A DNA stretch of 64,000 nucleotides from Planctomycetota bacterium (lineage in GTDB: Bacteria; Planctomycetota; UBA8108; SXIK01). The stretch covers positions 6,080,001-6,144,000 of the forward strand of contig OZ244999.1 of assembly GCA_965223265.1 (NCBI GenBank), read 5' to 3'. The notes under the pieces were generated by a model, which saw only the letters and a list, made by a program, of their open reading frames with translations, had not been told where the DNA came from and made no database searches. The position numbers and the translations under genes are program-made. This document shows positions 61,246 to 64,000 of this stretch, in pieces (the first letter of the stretch is position 1; every line of letters starts with the position of its first letter).

Positions 61246-62602
61246 CTACGAGGACCGAATGTCCTTGGCATAGGGGAGGGTTCGCCTCTCAGTGCTCATG
61301 AGAGTGGAGATATCAGACTCCGGGATCTTGATGCGGTCGTCCTCGTAGAGCAAGAATCCCCTAATGATCTCGCGGTATTGCTGATTGCGGCTGAATAGAG
61401 CCAAGAACCGAATCGTAGCCTTCCGTCCGAGCTGTTGTTCCAAGTACTCCTGTGCCTTGGAAATAGTCTGTCCAGACGCGACTATGTCGTCGACGAGCAA
61501 CACCTCCAAAGACCGAGGGTTCGAAGCTTCGATGGCCGAGAGAAGCGCGTTGTTAACCGGGCTTTGAAACATCTCCAGAGGCTTGCTCCGGTTCGCCCAC
61601 AAGGAGAGAATCGGGGTCTTTTGAAAGAGTTCGCGTCCCAAGAGATCGGCGACGACAAGCCCCCCGTTGCTTATCCCAAGGACGACGTCTGGAACGTAGT
61701 TCGCGTCTATTACGTAGTCTTTGAGCCGCTTGACCACCGACTGAAGTCGCGCCCAGAACTCCCTCCACGGCATAACGCCAATAGGTCCAGCAAGTTCTTC
61801 GTGCGTGGACTCGTAAACGCCCGGAATTCGGACTTCCATATCCGGAAAGACGTCATAGACAAGACTGTCGCGAGGCTGCGTTCGCCCCGTGAACTCGTTG
61901 TATATTACATCCGCAAGCTCTTTGGCAGCCACGTCGAATGCCAACTTGTCATATGAAATCGCCCGATAGGCTGTGATATCGAATGGGATGCGAAAGGTTC
62001 GCCTTTCGCAAAAGAACTGTCGTCGACCTCCTGATCCCGTATCTCATTCCCAACTCAAAAAAAACGTTGGGGTTCATTCCCGTGATGTCGGTTATTGCAA
62101 TATCCGCGCTCGCAGTTCGCCGAACAATGTCTGCTGTGATCGAGCCGGTCGTTCGATTGTCAACCTCGCGCGTGACCACGATCGATCGACCGAGGCGTTC
62201 CTGAACTTGCTCCATCCCGCTGCAGATTATGTGTGTGTAAACGAAGTCCGCCTCCCGTACGCCCTCGTCATACTCGTCGTTCGCACCCGACGGCATGATG
62301 ACAAATGCCTCAAGTGGCTTCGTGTTCGTCGAAACGTCTTGGGCTTCTGATCTCGCCGTCTGCGGTCGTTGCTCTTGATCGGTCGAGCTTGGCGAGGGTT
62401 CCTCTTGCTCTGTGCGCGGAGCCGCGCCGCGCCTTCTCCTTCTGTTCGTTACCTCAGTCGTCCGCTTCTTCTTGCTCGTACCGGCTTTGGTCGCACGCGA
62501 CCGCTTCCTTTGGCCGTTGGCTCCTTCGGTCTCGCGTGCGCGTTTCTTCGAGGCACTCGCGGCTTTTGTCACACGAGATCCCGCATTGGTACCCTTGACC
62601 AT
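61246..62602 (-). CDS. Nucleoside 2-deoxyribosyltransferase/TIR-like domain fused to a type I PRTase (one frameshift near 61995-62000)
   Basis: AFVIMP..ITDITGMNPNVFFELGMR; shifted frame gives IPFDITAYRAISY, continuous with DVVLGISNGG..VLLVDDIVASGQT. Confidence 0.75.
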
Positions 62603-62889
62603 GGTGTGCTCCTTTCGGTCGCGACAGTCGAGGACGTATCAGTGTACCCCGTTGCCGAAGCGCAAAACAAGCGGCGCATTTTCTCCTTCTCTTCTTGGTT
62701 TCTTGCCTACCTGTTTGCCCTGACATTCTCATTGATGTGGTGGGGGTGCGGGCCGGGCGGTGAACGTTCTATCCTCTGAACCCCAGTGGTTCACAAGCGC
62801 ACACGTATCCTGAACCTCCCGAGCTGGGCTCCGCTTTCTGCGTGACTGGTGATCACGATGGGGATAGAGGGGCTCTGGGCTCCCCGCGC

Positions 62890-63728
62890 GAATCTCGATC
62901 TCATGTCTTCAGTTCGTTAGTTCGATTAGCCAGGGTGCCAGCAAGAACACGATCGCCACGTACAAGCGGCGCCTTCCTCTGCTGACGCAGCATCTCAACA
63001 GGAGCCACGGTGAGGAGATCACGAGTGCCGATCTCCCCGACTTCCTGTACGCGGTTCGGCTGAAGGCTGATGGCACTCCGAAGAACCAGAGGACGATCAA
63101 CTCGATCAAGACTGCCCTGAAGTCGTTCTTCAAGTCGCTGGGCCTCCAGGACAACCGCTGAGGATCTTCGGATCAAGCGGGTCCGTATCGAGCGTGACTA
63201 CATCACCGAGGACGAAGTTCGAGTGCTCCTCGCTGGCGTCGACAACGTCCGTGATCGGACAATCCTTGCTGTCCTGTGCTTCCTCTGCCTTCGTCGTGAA
63301 GAGCTCGTCGAACTCAAGGTCGTCGATGTTCAGGGACCGTCGCTTCGGATTTTCGGCAAGGGCGGAGTCGAAAGAAATTCCCGATCAGCACTGCAGTCCG
63401 GGCGCACCTCGATCAGCTGTTTCGCTGGAAGGAGGAACGCGGGGGTCACTCGATCCCACCGCCCCTCTGTTCGTCAGGCCGAAAGAGGAATCCGCTGTCC
63501 GAGTCGCAACTCTACAACGTCGCCCGCAAGTGGACTTACGAGCTTCTCGACAAGGAACTCTACCCGCACGCCCTGAGGCACACGTTCGCCTCCATGCTCG
63601 TCGCCAAGGACGTCAACCTCGCGACGATCCGGCGCCTGATGCGACACGCTTCGGTCAGCATGACCGAGGTCTACCTCCACATTTCGAACGAGCTGAAGGT
63701 GGAGGCCGTCGAGAGTCTTGCGGTGTGA
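62890..63728 (+). pseudogene. XerC/D-like tyrosine recombinase with several frameshifts
   Basis: SKNTIATYK, RDRTILAVL..LRREEL, IFGKGG, PHALRHTFAS..MRHASVSMTEVYLH. Confidence 0.8.
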
Positions 63729-63776
63729 GGAACGGCGACTTGATCTGTAAGCTGTCAAGACCCTCCCCAGCTTCAC

Positions 63777-64000
63777 TCACTTCCGCTTGAGATTCAGTCG
63801 GAACTGTCCGCATAGGCATCGCAGGTCGACTGGATCTTTCTTCGGAGTCAAAGCAAGTCACGAGTCGCACTGAGGCTTCTCGCATCGAAACAAACTCAGA
63901 AGCTGCCGAAAGGCCGTCACGACCGGCTCAAAATCCTCCCTCGTCAGATTGGCCCACTCGTTGTAGTGAACCGCCTTGTTCGAACCCCGCCTGTACCGCC
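63777..64000 (-). pseudogene. 3' end of a probable AAA/SMC-like ATPase with Cys-rich tail and an internal TGA
   Basis: VHYNEWANLTREDFEPVVTAF..FRCEKPQCDS*L..LRCLCGQFRLNLKRK; internal stop at 63858-63860; family is from recall of similar C-termini. Confidence 0.45.

Overview
GC-rich accessory island, probably from a Planctomycetota-like bacterium (inferred from gene types only). Left (1-31.4 kb): a glycosylation locus with GT2, GT4, CgeB-like and TPR glycosyltransferases, a DUF115/Maf-like protein, 2OG-Fe(II) oxygenases, a sulfotransferase and a GT29-like enzyme. A 1620-aa RHS protein with an Ntox44-like tip and no immunity gene sits inside it. Two nested IS stacks interrupt the locus: IS4>IS256>IS21(ParB), and IS66>IS21>(ISL3 plus a serine-recombinase element whose excision would rebuild a split gene). 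Middle (31.7-41 kb): a SIR2/degenerate-STAND/TPR protein divergent from a lipoprotein, plus IS5/ISNCY-like, ISKra4 and ISL3 elements. Right (41.6-64 kb): a satellite/IME-like module with a DUF3854 primase-helicase, an HTH_17 excisionase-like gene and a ~350-bp iteron palindrome with a second partial copy. Three copies of a CATCACCT-N12/13-CGGCAACT promoter-like motif head its transcription units, one of which runs into a membrane-anchored ECF sigma factor. Further right lie a HExxH + DUF5677-like pair, a Cache-PAS receptor with no output domain, a frameshifted NDT/TIR-like-PRTase fusion and a decayed tyrosine recombinase. No rRNA, tRNA or CRISPR array was seen. All family calls are by motif recognition, not database search.
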